Positions 9,666 to 20,480 of a stretch of DNA of 64,000 bases are shown piece after piece; the first letter of the stretch is position 1, and each line of letters opens with the position of its first letter. The translations under genes were made by a program, and so were the position numbers. The DNA comes from an uncultured archaeon. Lineage in GTDB: Archaea > Thermoplasmatota > Thermoplasmata > Thermoplasmatales > Thermoplasmataceae. The stretch spans positions 1,696,001 to 1,760,000 of the forward strand of contig CP009479.1 in assembly GCA_000965745.1 (NCBI GenBank), given 5' to 3'. Under the pieces are notes generated by a model that ran no database searches, was not told where the DNA came from, and saw only the letters and a list, made by a program, of their open reading frames with translations.

Positions 9666-12472
9666 AATTTCGGATCATTCTGCGGAGTTGAATTGAGCTC
9701 CTCCAGTATAACGTCACCGAGGATGTCCCCGAAATTGTTGCTGTCATTTCTTACATCCTCTATGAACTTCTCATTGTCCTCCCTGTACTCAAGGAATCTC
9801 TGGAATTTTCTTCTTTCAAACTCGAAGTGCTGGGCGTGGTAGGTTGGAGTGTCAACATACATGTCGATCTTGCCTGTGTTGACTGCGGGCCTGAGATAGA
9901 CATAAAGCACAATAGTTTCTATATTCTCCTCCTTCACCCCTCTCTGAACTGAAAGCATCTTCCTGTAGAGTGAAAGCTGCCTGCGATAGTTCGTATCGGC
10001 AGAGTCGCTATTCTTCCTGTACCTCAATTCTTCCTCGATCCTTCTGGAGGTCTTGAAATCCACGATAATGTAATGCTGCTCGCCATTTTCCTCGAAACTG
10101 TATATTGCGTCTATGAACCCTTTCACCTTGAGGCCTGAAACAGGCAGGCTGAATACTGACTCGGCATCGCTGTTCATCGCAGCCTCCGCCTCAACTCTTC
10201 CGACCTTGTGCTGGCTCATGACAGAATTGTGAAAAGTGAGGAAGTTGTCAAAGGCCATTTTCTCTTCCGGTGTGGGATTCTCAGGCACCTTTTTCCCTCC
10301 AGACCTGATAAAAGCCTCAATGAGTGTGTGAATCTTAGTCCCCATATCCATGGATTCGCTCCTGAAGGGAACTCTGAGAATGTATTGTTTGAGAAGTTCC
10401 ATGGGCCGGTCGACTTTGCTGAGTAGCGAATGGCTGATATTTCCGGGTGAGGAGAAATAATTCCCTATTGCTTCCCTCAACCAGTTCATCCTCCCCTCCA
10501 TTGCTGCCTTAGCCTCTTCGTACCTTCCCTCAACAAAGAGAGAGTATGCCAGTATGTGCCTGGACTTGAAGGGATCATCAATCTTCTGTCCTGAAAGATC
10601 AAGGTCTTTCACTTCAGGCGTCCCGACCTCGAACCTCTGGGCGGCCTTGGGATCCACTACCAGCAGGAGCCTTTGCTTTGCCCTGGTGACTGCCACGAAA
10701 TCGACCCTGAGGTTCTCAAGGCTCAACTCACTCTCATCACTTGTAATACCCCTTGACGCAAGGATTGCATTGACAACAGAATCAAGCGTTGATAGCCTGC
10801 GGTTACTAGTCTGGACGGGCCAGTATATCACGTTGTCAAATTCCAGCCCTTTTGCCTTGTGAACAGTGGTTACAACAAGGTTTGATTTGCCGGTGAGTTC
10901 GATCTGGCCTTCATTGGCAAGCCTCAGGAAGTCCATGTACGAATCCAGAGTCCCGTTTATTTCATCAAAATATTCTGTAGTAGATTTGTACATCCCCTTT
11001 GCAGTGTTGTAGTATTTCTTGCCCATGGCCACGGACTTCGGGATGATGATCTCCTGGAAGAGGTCCTCTATTCCGGTGTGGTCTTTTCCATATCTCTCCA
11101 GCTTCTTGACAAATTCAGTGAGGTCAATTATGCTGATGGCCTCGCTGTAGTTCTTGTACTGAATAATCCTGCAGATCTCAAAAGCCTCCTTGAGTGTGAA
11201 CCCGGAAAAAGGTGAAAATATGCATTCTCTCAGCGAGTCGGTTGATCTTTCAATAAACCCCCTCAGGAAAGTGACAATGTCCCTTCTTGCTGAAAAGGAG
11301 AACCTCGAGGATGATGTGCTCTCATAGTCGATACCATTGATATCCAGCATGTGTGTGATCCTGTCCGCCTGCGCGTTGTTCCTGACTATTATTGCAGTCT
11401 TCTCCTCGGAAAACTGTGGGACTTTGTCCTTAAGGTACTTCAGGGAATCGAGGATTGATATTTCCGGCTTCCTCGTTATTATTCTGCTTATCTCACCCTT
11501 TTCCTCCGTTGCGGATGCATAATCAGGAAGTTCGTGGTAGCTCTGCGGGTCCGGGACGTTCTTAAGGAAAAACTCCTTCGCATAGGAAACAAGATTGCTA
11601 CCGGACCTGAAGTTCCTGACCAGATTAAGCGGGTTCAGGCTTTTCTCGGAGCTGAAGCGCCTGAAATTTCTTACGTTTCCCCCCTGAAATCCGAAAATTG
11701 CCTGTTTTACATCGCCAACCAGGAAGAATTTCTCCCCGGACTTGTCAATTATCCGGGCCTCCATGTCATTGATGTCCTGGAGCTCATCGACGAAGACATA
11801 GCGGTATTTCCTGGTCTGTGACAATTTGAGGTACTCTATCAGCATGTCCTCGTAATCTATCGTATCGGTGGACTTGACCTTCTCATAGTCCCTGAATGCT
11901 TCCTGGAAGAATTTCAGGAGGTGTTCCGCCTCATTAAGCTGCTCTTCATACTTCTCCCAGTTTCTGGAATAATTTGACCCGAGTATCTCTTCAAGGTGTC
12001 TCATCACAGAAATCGGGTTTATATCGTTCGGGGTTACGCCGTAGCTCTTGATGTACCTGATCGCATTGACAAATTTTCCGACAGTCGGGATTGAGCCGTA
12101 TTCATCATTGAGTATGGTCTCCTTCGGGTAATTGAGGGCCTTGTTGTCCACTATGCTCCTCATTACGGCATATCTCGCAAGATTGTCACTTATCACTCGC
12201 AGTTCCCTGTTTCCATTGTTGAGGACTGAGAATGCATAACTGTGGAATGTGTGAACCTCGGGGAGAGCTGATGAAATTTTGTATTCCATGAGCTTCTGGA
12301 ATATCCTCTTTTCCATTTCGTCCGCAGCCCTTTCGGTAAAAGTAATGCAGAGCATATCCTCAGGGCTCACTCCCTGCTTAATATAATCGCAAATTGCCTC
12401 TGAAAGCTGGTGCGTCTTTCCCGAACCGGGATTTGCAACCAGCATGTAGTTGGAAGAAGGATTGTATTCCAT
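9662..12472 (-). CDS. UvrD/AddA-like SF1 helicase fused to C-terminal PD-(D/E)XK nuclease
   Basis: ANPGSGKT, ITFTERAADEM, VDELQD, VGDVKQAIFGFQG, NFRS, TVHKAKGLEF, VAVTRAK; C-terminal GTKIH, GFIDAI, VDFKT, QLSLY; start at MEYNP (12472) preferred. Confidence 0.9.
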   Translation of the reverse strand: MEYNPSSNYMLVANPGSGKTHQLSEAICDYIKQGVSPEDMLCITFTERAADEMEKRIFQKLMEYKISSALPEVHTFHSYAFSVLNNGNRELRVISDNLARYAVMRSIVDNKALNYPKETILNDEYGSIPTVGKFVNAIRYIKSYGVTPNDINPISVMRHLEEILGSNYSRNWEKYEEQLNEAEHLLKFFQEAFRDYEKVKSTDTIDYEDMLIEYLKLSQTRKYRYVFVDELQDINDMEARIIDKSGEKFFLVGDVKQAIFGFQGGNVRNFRRFSSEKSLNPLNLVRNFRSGSNLVSYAKEFFLKNVPDPQSYHELPDYASATEEKGEISRIITRKPEISILDSLKYLKDKVPQFSEEKTAIIVRNNAQADRITHMLDINGIDYESTSSSRFSFSARRDIVTFLRGFIERSTDSLRECIFSPFSGFTLKEAFEICRIIQYKNYSEAISIIDLTEFVKKLERYGKDHTGIEDLFQEIIIPKSVAMGKKYYNTAKGMYKSTTEYFDEINGTLDSYMDFLRLANEGQIELTGKSNLVVTTVHKAKGLEFDNVIYWPVQTSNRRLSTLDSVVNAILASRGITSDESELSLENLRVDFVAVTRAKQRLLLVVDPKAAQRFEVGTPEVKDLDLSGQKIDDPFKSRHILAYSLFVEGRYEEAKAAMEGRMNWLREAIGNYFSSPGNISHSLLSKVDRPMELLKQYILRVPFRSESMDMGTKIHTLIEAFIRSGGKKVPENPTPEEKMAFDNFLTFHNSVMSQHKVGRVEAEAAMNSDAESVFSLPVSGLKVKGFIDAIYSFEENGEQHYIIVDFKTSRRIEEELRYRKNSDSADTNYRRQLSLYRKMLSVQRGVKEENIETIVLYVYLRPAVNTGKIDMYVDTPTYHAQHFEFERRKFQRFLEYREDNEKFIEDVRNDSNNFGDILGDVILEELNSTPQNDPKF

Positions 12473-12665
12473 GCTGATTCTGCCATGCCTACTACGTATT
12501 AAGAGATTATCAGGGCCCATGGAAATGGGGAATGCAACCACTTATCGGCCTAGAATAAGGGCATACTTCGCGTTGCATTGAAAGATACCAAATGTTATGG
12601 CCATACAACTTCTGCCCTAACCTTTCAGGCGCCATGTTCATGCGTCTGATTCAGCATCAATAAGC

Positions 12666-13112
12666 ATGGCCAAGAGATCCATTCCAATCCTTACACTGAT
12701 TGCCGTTGAAGCCATAACCGCAAGTCTGGGCATAATCTCGGGGATTGTTCTTCTGTCGGACCCCTCCGGGGATACAATGGGAATGGGCTTCATGATACCG
12801 ATGATTCCATTAATCAGCGATTTCACCGCAGTTGGTGCCTGGCTTCTCATTGTGTTTGGGATATTTCCCGGGGTGCTTGCATACGGTCTTTGGGCAGGAA
12901 GGAGCTGGAGCCTGTTCGGCTCATTTTTCCTCGGTGCCATTGAGATTGTCTGGATAGCTGTCCAGGTCATATTGCTGTATAGTGTTGGTTTCAGCATCTG
13001 GCAGGCAATTATTCCGTTGATGGCTGTATTCGCAATCTTCATGTTTTTTGCACCAGGAATAAGGGCACATTTTCCATACTGGCAAAGAAAAAGGCTTGCG
13101 GACCGAAGATGA
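12666..13112 (+). CDS. Hypothetical four-TM membrane protein
   Basis: Four hydrophobic segments, DPSG..MG motif. Confidence 0.7.
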   Translation: MAKRSIPILTLIAVEAITASLGIISGIVLLSDPSGDTMGMGFMIPMIPLISDFTAVGAWLLIVFGIFPGVLAYGLWAGRSWSLFGSFFLGAIEIVWIAVQVILLYSVGFSIWQAIIPLMAVFAIFMFFAPGIRAHFPYWQRKRLADRR

Positions 13113-13241
13113 AAGAATTCCTGTAATGAAATGACCCATGAAGGCCGTGGGTTGTGAAACGCAGCCTTCTTTCCACGGGGCAATGAATAAGGGTGATTTG
13201 GCCAATCAGATCTGAGAAAGATAATCTGGATTCTGGTAAGG

Positions 13242-13817
13242 CTAGAGCTCCTTCAGGATATCCTCTGTTATCCTGACCCTGCCAATTCTTTTCAGCACAT
13301 AGTTTATGGCGTTATGGTGTGCTTCCTCAGACAGGTCTGTCATGGCATCCTCGGGGAAAATCTGGTTAAAGCCGTATTCGTATGCGAACCTGGCAGTGCT
13401 CTCTACTCCGTATGTTGTTGCAATCCCGCCAAGCACTATGGTGTCTATCCCTCTTCTCCTGAGTTGCAGTTCCAGGTCTGTTCCGTAGAAAGCCCCCCAC
13501 TGCCTCTTGGTTATGACCACATCCCCATCCTTTGGCCCGATTTCAGGAACAATATCGGCCCAGTCTGCGGGAATATCGCCTCTGCCACTCATCTGGCTGT
13601 CACTCTTTACCTTCAATGCAGTGCCCGGTGTAAAATTCACATGGACAAGAAACACAGGCATGCTGTTCTTCCTGAACGCGTCTGCAAGCATGGATGCATT
13701 TTTCACTACCTCATTGGTCGGCAACGGTTTCCCTTCCCTGCCAACAATTCCCTTCTGAAGGTCAATGAGAACAAGTGCTGTGGTTTCTTTGTTTATGTTG
13801 AGTGCTTCCTGCGTCAT
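13242..13817 (-). CDS. Isochorismatase-family hydrolase (YecD-like)
   Basis: LIDLQKGI, KRQWGAFYGTDL, GIATTYGVESTAR. Confidence 0.9.
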   Translation of the reverse strand: MTQEALNINKETTALVLIDLQKGIVGREGKPLPTNEVVKNASMLADAFRKNSMPVFLVHVNFTPGTALKVKSDSQMSGRGDIPADWADIVPEIGPKDGDVVITKRQWGAFYGTDLELQLRRRGIDTIVLGGIATTYGVESTARFAYEYGFNQIFPEDAMTDLSEEAHHNAINYVLKRIGRVRITEDILKEL

Positions 13818-13917
13818 GCTCGGTAATTGAGAACTCCGTTAAAGCAGTTTGTTGCCATGAAAAAAGTATTTAAATTTTCTCAAGAGGCTGAAAAATCCGG
13901 TTTTCCGAGAGAAAAGA

Positions 13918-15135
13918 ATGAATAAGAGATGGGATTCTCCGATTACGGAAAGCAAGGACATCATACTTTCACTGGCGTTCGTCACATTCTACGTGAATTC
14001 AGCGGTTCGTTTCTTCATACCTGCGGTAATGCCACTGATAATCATCTCTCTCCACGTGTCCCTCGCGTATGCTGCGGTTCTGGTTACATCCTACTGGGTG
14101 GGATACACGATCATGCAGATACCCTCCGGGATAATCAACGATAAATTCACATCCTCAAGGGTAAACAAGGTATCTTTCCTGGCAATGTCCGCCGTCTTCA
14201 CCCTGTTCTACTTTTACATGGGCAATTTTACTGCCCTTCTCTTGATTCAGTTCTCGCTGGGCATTCTTTCAGCCCTTGTGTACATATCAGATGTAAGCCT
14301 CATTCAGACCTGGTTTACGCACAGGCAGAGAACAATATCAGTTGGGATCTACCAGACAGCGTTTTTCCTCGGCGCATCCCTGGGTGAGTACATAACTATA
14401 ACACTTGCCTCGGTGTCGGTGAACCTCCCTATTCTCGTCATATCCATATTCCTCTTTGCTCTCGGTTTTGTGAATCTTGTATTCATAAAGGACCCGGAAC
14501 ACGTCCAGAGGCGTGTTAGAAAACGCATCAAAGTTTCTATCTCATCAGGAATTGCCTATGTTAGCCTGATCAGGTTCTCTGCGAGTTTTGTCTATCTGGG
14601 TTTCCTGTCTCTATTTACAACATACCTTGTTACAAGCGGGAAAATATCATACGCGGGAAGCGCAAACTATTCATGGCTTGCCGCAGTCGCCGGGCTGGTC
14701 GGTTCTCCCCTTGGCGGGATATTGACTGACAGATACGCAAAGACAAAGCTTTACCCGGCACTCATTTCAAACGTTCTGATAGCCTTCCTTGTTATTTTGA
14801 TCGCATTTGTGACAAACATCACCATTATAGTCCCGCTGGCCCTCATGATGGGATTCCTCTACGGTATCTACGCATCACCCTCAATGAGCCTGGCGACTGA
14901 ACTGAGTAAGAGTGATGAAGAGATCGGTTCAGCAAGCGGATTTCTCAATTTCTCGGCACAGATAGGCGGCAGTGTTTCACCACTCATAATTGGTTTCATG
15001 GCTGAGGCAACGGGGAACTATTCACTCTCATTTGTCATCATTGGAGTAATCTCCCTGATTTTCCTCTCCCCACTCGCAATGCTTATCAGGAGTAAAAAGG
15101 AAGGCACAATTTATGTCAGGACTGCAGAAGAGTGA
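13918..15135 (+). CDS. MFS transporter
   Basis: About 12 TM segments, QIPSGIINDKF and GGILTDRY loop motifs. Confidence 0.9.
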   Translation: MNKRWDSPITESKDIILSLAFVTFYVNSAVRFFIPAVMPLIIISLHVSLAYAAVLVTSYWVGYTIMQIPSGIINDKFTSSRVNKVSFLAMSAVFTLFYFYMGNFTALLLIQFSLGILSALVYISDVSLIQTWFTHRQRTISVGIYQTAFFLGASLGEYITITLASVSVNLPILVISIFLFALGFVNLVFIKDPEHVQRRVRKRIKVSISSGIAYVSLIRFSASFVYLGFLSLFTTYLVTSGKISYAGSANYSWLAAVAGLVGSPLGGILTDRYAKTKLYPALISNVLIAFLVILIAFVTNITIIVPLALMMGFLYGIYASPSMSLATELSKSDEEIGSASGFLNFSAQIGGSVSPLIIGFMAEATGNYSLSFVIIGVISLIFLSPLAMLIRSKKEGTIYVRTAEE

Positions 15136-15187
15136 AAGAAGCTGCAAAAATGCCAAACTAATTTAGCCTAAACTGATTATATTAATT

Positions 15188-16096
15188 ATGCCGAAGAAAA
15201 ATGATGACGAATGGTTCAAATCCAAATGGGGAAGCGATGACCAGCTTGGGACCCTGAACCTGCTAAACCAGGACAAAGTCCTGGAAACATTGAAACTTGT
15301 CAGAACCGGAAAGGTCATCCAGCTCGGGCACCAGATGTACAACGGCATGCCGGGAAGGCACGCTTTCCACGGCCCTTTCTATTACCTCATATCACAGAGA
15401 GTGTACGACAACAGGCCTCCCTTCAGGGAGCCAACCAAAAACGGATTCGGCGGAGCACTTGGAAGGGTGGAGATGAGCGACCATACTGGGACGCATCTTG
15501 ACGCGCTGAACCACATCTCCAAGGATGAAAAGTACTACAACGGGATAGATTCACATGAGGTCACCGGGAACACCGGCACATCAAAACTGGGAATTGATAC
15601 CTCTCCAGCCATAGTCACACGCGGAGTAATGGTGGATGTCACCAAGGGCGCCAACAATATCGCAGAAAGGGGAAAGCCCATATCAGTAAAGCAGGTTGAG
15701 GAATTTCTAGACGCACACTTTCTTGATGTGGTTGCGGGAGATGCAATATTCTTCTACACTGGTGTGTCAAGGCTCTGGGACAATTCTGACCAGTACAATT
15801 CCTATTTTGAATCTTCTCCCGGGATAGGCATGGAACTCGCGAAATGGATTGCGTCAAAAGGTGCTTCGGTTTCAGGAGCTGATGTGCCGTCTTCTGAGGT
15901 CGTACCTGCGGAAAAGCCCGGTGAAAGGTTGCCTGTTCACCAGGAACTGATCACGAAGAACGGAATCAGGCTAATAGACAACATAAAGCTAGACGAGCTT
16001 GCAAAGGAGAAGGTGTATGAGTTCCTTTTTGTGTGTTCACCACTGAGAATCAAGGGAGGAACTGCGTCACCGGTTGTACCTCTTGCAATATTCTAA
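15188..16096 (+). CDS. Cyclase-family (kynurenine formamidase-like) metal hydrolase
   Basis: WGSDDQLGTLN, HTGTHLDA, VHQELI, PLRIKGGTASPV. Confidence 0.88.
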   Translation: MPKKNDDEWFKSKWGSDDQLGTLNLLNQDKVLETLKLVRTGKVIQLGHQMYNGMPGRHAFHGPFYYLISQRVYDNRPPFREPTKNGFGGALGRVEMSDHTGTHLDALNHISKDEKYYNGIDSHEVTGNTGTSKLGIDTSPAIVTRGVMVDVTKGANNIAERGKPISVKQVEEFLDAHFLDVVAGDAIFFYTGVSRLWDNSDQYNSYFESSPGIGMELAKWIASKGASVSGADVPSSEVVPAEKPGERLPVHQELITKNGIRLIDNIKLDELAKEKVYEFLFVCSPLRIKGGTASPVVPLAIF

Positions 16097-16259
16097 TTTT
16101 TACACACCTTGATTCTTATGCCGGATTAAGTGCAAAGTGTGAGATGGACAATATCAGTGCATTCCTGAATAGTTAGACTTTACCTATTATGGATGCCATT
16201 TTCAACCTTTTAGTTTCCAAAGAGAAAGTATTATATGTTACCAATTCCCATGATAGGCC

Positions 16260-19076
16260 ATGACCATTGGAGACGAAGGCAGCAAAAGGCCTGAACCGGT
16301 GGTTGGAGGCCAGAGGCCGAGCGGACCTAACAGGACAATGACGGCAATAGTCGCAATTTTGGTTGTCATCATTGTTGTTATGTCTGTTCTGTATCTCACA
16401 AAACCAACATCAAGCACAGCCCCTTCAGTAAATCAGTCTGTATCCGGCGATTTATCCGCCACAGTGGGGACACCTTTTCATTACACTGTAAATGTGGGGA
16501 CCTCCTTCAAAACGGTGCAGGTATTCTTTGGAGATGGTAGCTCAGTAACAGTCCCGTACAGCGGGAGCAACTACGTAAATGTCACGCACACTTATATGCA
16601 GCCGGGGCAAGGCATTGTGTCCTACCAGGTTACATATAACAACGGAGCAACTGCAGTTGCTGCAGGAAACCTTTACCCCATCAAGGTACTGGCTTCTGCG
16701 ACTACTGTATCGAATCAGCAGTCTCTCGGTGTTGTGAACTATAACTACGGTGCATCCAGCCCGAGCATAGCTTCCGGACAGCCTGTATTCAAAGTGGGAT
16801 CATTTGTGAACTTCACCGTTGGATACTTTGGAGAGCCGGCCAACTCCAGCTACCAGATTGTAATGCAGAATATTTCTGTCAGCTATGGAAGTGGAAAGGA
16901 GTATTCCATGCCGTATAACTGGAATGACAGCCAGCAGATGTATCTGGCGGGAACTCATCCCGATCTGAACTTCACGTTCAACAATTCAGGTGTTTACAGC
17001 GTGAACGTAATAACATACACTGCTGAGGTCAACGGCACAACCGGCAAGATCCTTTCACCGCTATCCGCTACCAGCTACTTCTACAACGTTGCCATATTTG
17101 ACAACGGAGCCATCAGCGGAGTATCTACAAGCGGAGTTTTCACAAGGGTTGCAACTACACCATACGACTCTCTGGATCCAGCAATCGGATATGGAGTGAA
17201 TGACTATCAGATCACGCTAGCAACATACCAGACACTTGTTACTTGGAACGGATCCCATTCTACCCAGTTCAAGCCGGAACTGGCTTCGCAGCTTCCCAGC
17301 ACATCCAACGGCGAAATCAACACCAACTACGCCAACTATACCCGCACTTACATGAACGGTGCCGGCGTACAGGTGACCTACAACGTGAACATCACCCCGG
17401 GTGAAAACTACACTTTCCAGATAAGGAACAATGCAACCTGGCAGGATGGAACTCCTGTTACGGCATGGGACGTGATGTACTCATTCACGAGGACGCTGCT
17501 GTTCGACCAGGGCTCTCCGGGAACACCGGGCTGGATTCTGGCACAGTATCTGCTGCCCGGCGGTAAGCTATCCGCCAACACGTTCTACAACATCACGCAG
17601 AACATGACTGTAGACAACTCATCCAACTCGATAACACTGCACTTCCAGGTTCCTATGAGCACTGACCTTGCTTTCAACCTGGTAGCCGCAATTGGATCTC
17701 AGATTACAAGCGCTTCATGGCTTGAAGCCCATGGAGCCGGAATAACATGGAATGCAAGTGGTTTCCAGGCATACCAGAGCCATGGGCTTGTTGCAAACTA
17801 CCTGACCTATCCGCAGAATCATGTGATGTCAGATGGACCGTTTGAGATAGCATACATCGTACCATCCTCGGAAGTTGTGTTGGTGCCTAATCCGCACTAT
17901 GTTGCTCCGGGACCCTGGATGCCCAAGGCGACCGTTTCAAAGGTTATACTGATGTACACATCGCAGATATCATCCATGCAGCTCATGATGCAGTCTGGCC
18001 AGGCTAACAGCGCTGCCATACCGTCGGCAAACTGGCAGGGAGTCCAGAGCCTTCAGGCGCAGGGAAAAGCTAACGTCTATAACTTCACCATGCTTGGTAT
18101 CTACTACTTTTCATACAACATGAACATAAACATTACAGGCATGCACAAATTCGCCAGCCAGGCAAACGTTCCGCAGTACCTCTTCACAAATCTGACGGCG
18201 AGGAGGGCTTTCTCGTATTCCTTTGACTATTCCTATTACATCAGCCACCAGGTTGGGAATGCCATATATGGAATAGATTTCGCAAGTGAGTACGCGGGAA
18301 TGCTGCCAAAGGGCATGCTTGGATATCAGTCCATCGCTGACCTGAATGCGAGCACCGGAGGACAGGTTCCGTACTTCAACCTGCAGGTTGCAAAACAGAA
18401 CTGGAATAACCTCGTTAATGGTACGTTCAACAAGAACAGCCCGGACCCAATTACATGGTCCCCATCTCAGAATGAGTTCCTGTACAATGGCCATCCGCTG
18501 AGCATACCAATTGCAATATTTGCAGGAATTCCACAGGAAGTTGCTGGAGCAAGCACTTGGGAGTCCTACCTGCAGCAGGTCATTCCTGGAATAACTCTGC
18601 CGCAGCTGGTGCTTTCAGCGAACATTGTGATATCTGCGACAGCCCCGAACGGTGGAACGCCATGGCCAATATGGTCTGCAACCTGGTATCCGGACTATCC
18701 GTACCCGAGCGACTACCTTGGCCCGATGGCTGAACCTACAAACAATACGTTCATACCGGGGCCAAACAGCTTCACGCCATACACACTGACGCAGACTGGC
18801 CACATAAACCAGGCAGCAAATGCAACAGCGATGGTGAACTGGTACGAGGCAGGATACTATGAGGCAAACACGACACAGGCACTTGTGTATTTCCACAAGA
18901 TGAATGCAATGCTCGTTAACATGACCGCAATGCTGTTCCTTGAGCAGCTCAACGGATTCTGGGTCATGAGCCCCAACGTTAACGGGACATATGTGAACCT
19001 GTACCAGTCGAACCTCATGTATTCGAGTGGTGGAGACTTATTACTTAACTGGATAAGGATGAATACAACATCCTAA
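16260..19076 (+). CDS. ABC solute-binding protein family 5 with N-terminal TM and PKD-like domain (paralog 1)
   Basis: N-terminal TM, FFGDG...HTY PKD motif, SLDPA, WQDGTPVTAWDVMYSFTR, WYPDYPYP. Confidence 0.85.
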   Translation: MTIGDEGSKRPEPVVGGQRPSGPNRTMTAIVAILVVIIVVMSVLYLTKPTSSTAPSVNQSVSGDLSATVGTPFHYTVNVGTSFKTVQVFFGDGSSVTVPYSGSNYVNVTHTYMQPGQGIVSYQVTYNNGATAVAAGNLYPIKVLASATTVSNQQSLGVVNYNYGASSPSIASGQPVFKVGSFVNFTVGYFGEPANSSYQIVMQNISVSYGSGKEYSMPYNWNDSQQMYLAGTHPDLNFTFNNSGVYSVNVITYTAEVNGTTGKILSPLSATSYFYNVAIFDNGAISGVSTSGVFTRVATTPYDSLDPAIGYGVNDYQITLATYQTLVTWNGSHSTQFKPELASQLPSTSNGEINTNYANYTRTYMNGAGVQVTYNVNITPGENYTFQIRNNATWQDGTPVTAWDVMYSFTRTLLFDQGSPGTPGWILAQYLLPGGKLSANTFYNITQNMTVDNSSNSITLHFQVPMSTDLAFNLVAAIGSQITSASWLEAHGAGITWNASGFQAYQSHGLVANYLTYPQNHVMSDGPFEIAYIVPSSEVVLVPNPHYVAPGPWMPKATVSKVILMYTSQISSMQLMMQSGQANSAAIPSANWQGVQSLQAQGKANVYNFTMLGIYYFSYNMNINITGMHKFASQANVPQYLFTNLTARRAFSYSFDYSYYISHQVGNAIYGIDFASEYAGMLPKGMLGYQSIADLNASTGGQVPYFNLQVAKQNWNNLVNGTFNKNSPDPITWSPSQNEFLYNGHPLSIPIAIFAGIPQEVAGASTWESYLQQVIPGITLPQLVLSANIVISATAPNGGTPWPIWSATWYPDYPYPSDYLGPMAEPTNNTFIPGPNSFTPYTLTQTGHINQAANATAMVNWYEAGYYEANTTQALVYFHKMNAMLVNMTAMLFLEQLNGFWVMSPNVNGTYVNLYQSNLMYSSGGDLLLNWIRMNTTS

Positions 19077-19077
19077 C

Positions 19078-19103
19078 CTATTTTTTTTAAAACCACATTT
19101 TTT
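19078..19103 (+). terminator. Putative archaeal oligo-T terminator
   Basis: T8 run and a further T run right after the SBP stop codon. Confidence 0.5.
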
Positions 19104-19162
19104 AGAATCCATATCCTGTCAGGCGAATATTCATAAGTTAACTGTCAATTCTTGCAACTATC

Positions 19163-20296
19163 ATGCCGGCCCACGCAAAGGAATTCTTTGAGGCTAACCT
19201 GGATGAAATTATATCTGATATTCGTGAGCTAGTCACCTGTGAATCTCCTTCCAACGATCCTGAAGCACTACTGAAATGCTCAAGGCTTATCGAGTCAATA
19301 GTTGAAAAAAGGCTTTCAACAAAGGCAGAAAAGGTGGAAGTCAAGGGGAAGAGCCCGATCCTGGTCTTCAGATTTCCGGGAAATACAAATTCCATGCCTG
19401 CACTGCTTCTCACACATTATGACACGGTGCATTCCATGGGCGTAATCAACGAATTTCCATTCTCATACAAATCGGGAATACTTCAGGGGCCTGGTGTATT
19501 CGACATGAAGACAGGGCTGGTGCAAGGGATATGGGCCTTGAAGTACCTGTGGGATAACGGCCTCATAACCAGGCCGGTCATACTCATGAGCACTCCGGAC
19601 GAGGAAACCGGGAGCAAAGGTTCAAGAAAAACCATCGAAGAAATTGCTGGTCAATGCGAATATGCTGTGGTGCTGGAGGCAAGCGCTGAAGGCATGATTA
19701 AAACCGGTAGAAAAGGCACTGGCCGTTTTACTGTAAAGGTGGTCGGAAAAGCCGCTCACGCTGGCCTTGAGCCGGAAAAGGGAATCAACTCCATTGAAGA
19801 GATGTCGCATATTGTCCTGGAGCTTCAGAAGCTGAATGATAACAAAGAGGGGACAACGGTAAACGTCGGAACAATTCATGGTGGGACGACCTCCAACGTT
19901 GTTCCCGCGGAAGCGGAGATTACTGTAGATATAAGGGTTTGGTCACTGGAAGAGGCTCAACGCATAACTTCCGTATTCAACAGCCTCAAGCCAGCAAACA
20001 AGAATGCCCGGATATCAGTGACCGGGGAGTTCGATCGCCCTCCGATGATCTCAAGCGAGAAAACAAGGAAACTGGTCGACGTGATCAAGGAGATCTCTTT
20101 CGAAATGGGCAAGAAGCTAGAAGACACCTCTGTAGGCGGGGCAAGTGACGGGAACCTGGTTGCACCACTGGGAGTTCCCGTTATAGATGGGTTTGGAGCA
20201 GTTGGTGGAGGTGCACATTCAAGGTCCGAGTGGGTGGATGTAAGTGAAATACCTTTCAGGGCAGCACTGCTGGCAAGAGTGGTAACACAGATCTAA
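19163..20296 (+). CDS. M20-family metallopeptidase (glutamate carboxypeptidase G2-like)
   Basis: HYDTV, GPGVFDMKTG, PDEETGS, AAHAG, GGASDGN, GAHS. Confidence 0.88.
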   Translation: MPAHAKEFFEANLDEIISDIRELVTCESPSNDPEALLKCSRLIESIVEKRLSTKAEKVEVKGKSPILVFRFPGNTNSMPALLLTHYDTVHSMGVINEFPFSYKSGILQGPGVFDMKTGLVQGIWALKYLWDNGLITRPVILMSTPDEETGSKGSRKTIEEIAGQCEYAVVLEASAEGMIKTGRKGTGRFTVKVVGKAAHAGLEPEKGINSIEEMSHIVLELQKLNDNKEGTTVNVGTIHGGTTSNVVPAEAEITVDIRVWSLEEAQRITSVFNSLKPANKNARISVTGEFDRPPMISSEKTRKLVDVIKEISFEMGKKLEDTSVGGASDGNLVAPLGVPVIDGFGAVGGGAHSRSEWVDVSEIPFRAALLARVVTQI

Positions 20297-20480
20297 GCGG
20301 TACGGTCTCGCTCTCTGGTTTCAACCTATATTGGTGGAAATAGATCGGTGTTAGTAAACATCTCAACATTATGTTCATTCCGATATTCGTTAATCATATG
20401 ACGAATTCCTCTCTAAAGCCTTTGCAATGGCGTATATCCCCACACATAGATTTAAGTATGACAATTTTTATGAAGGCGCT

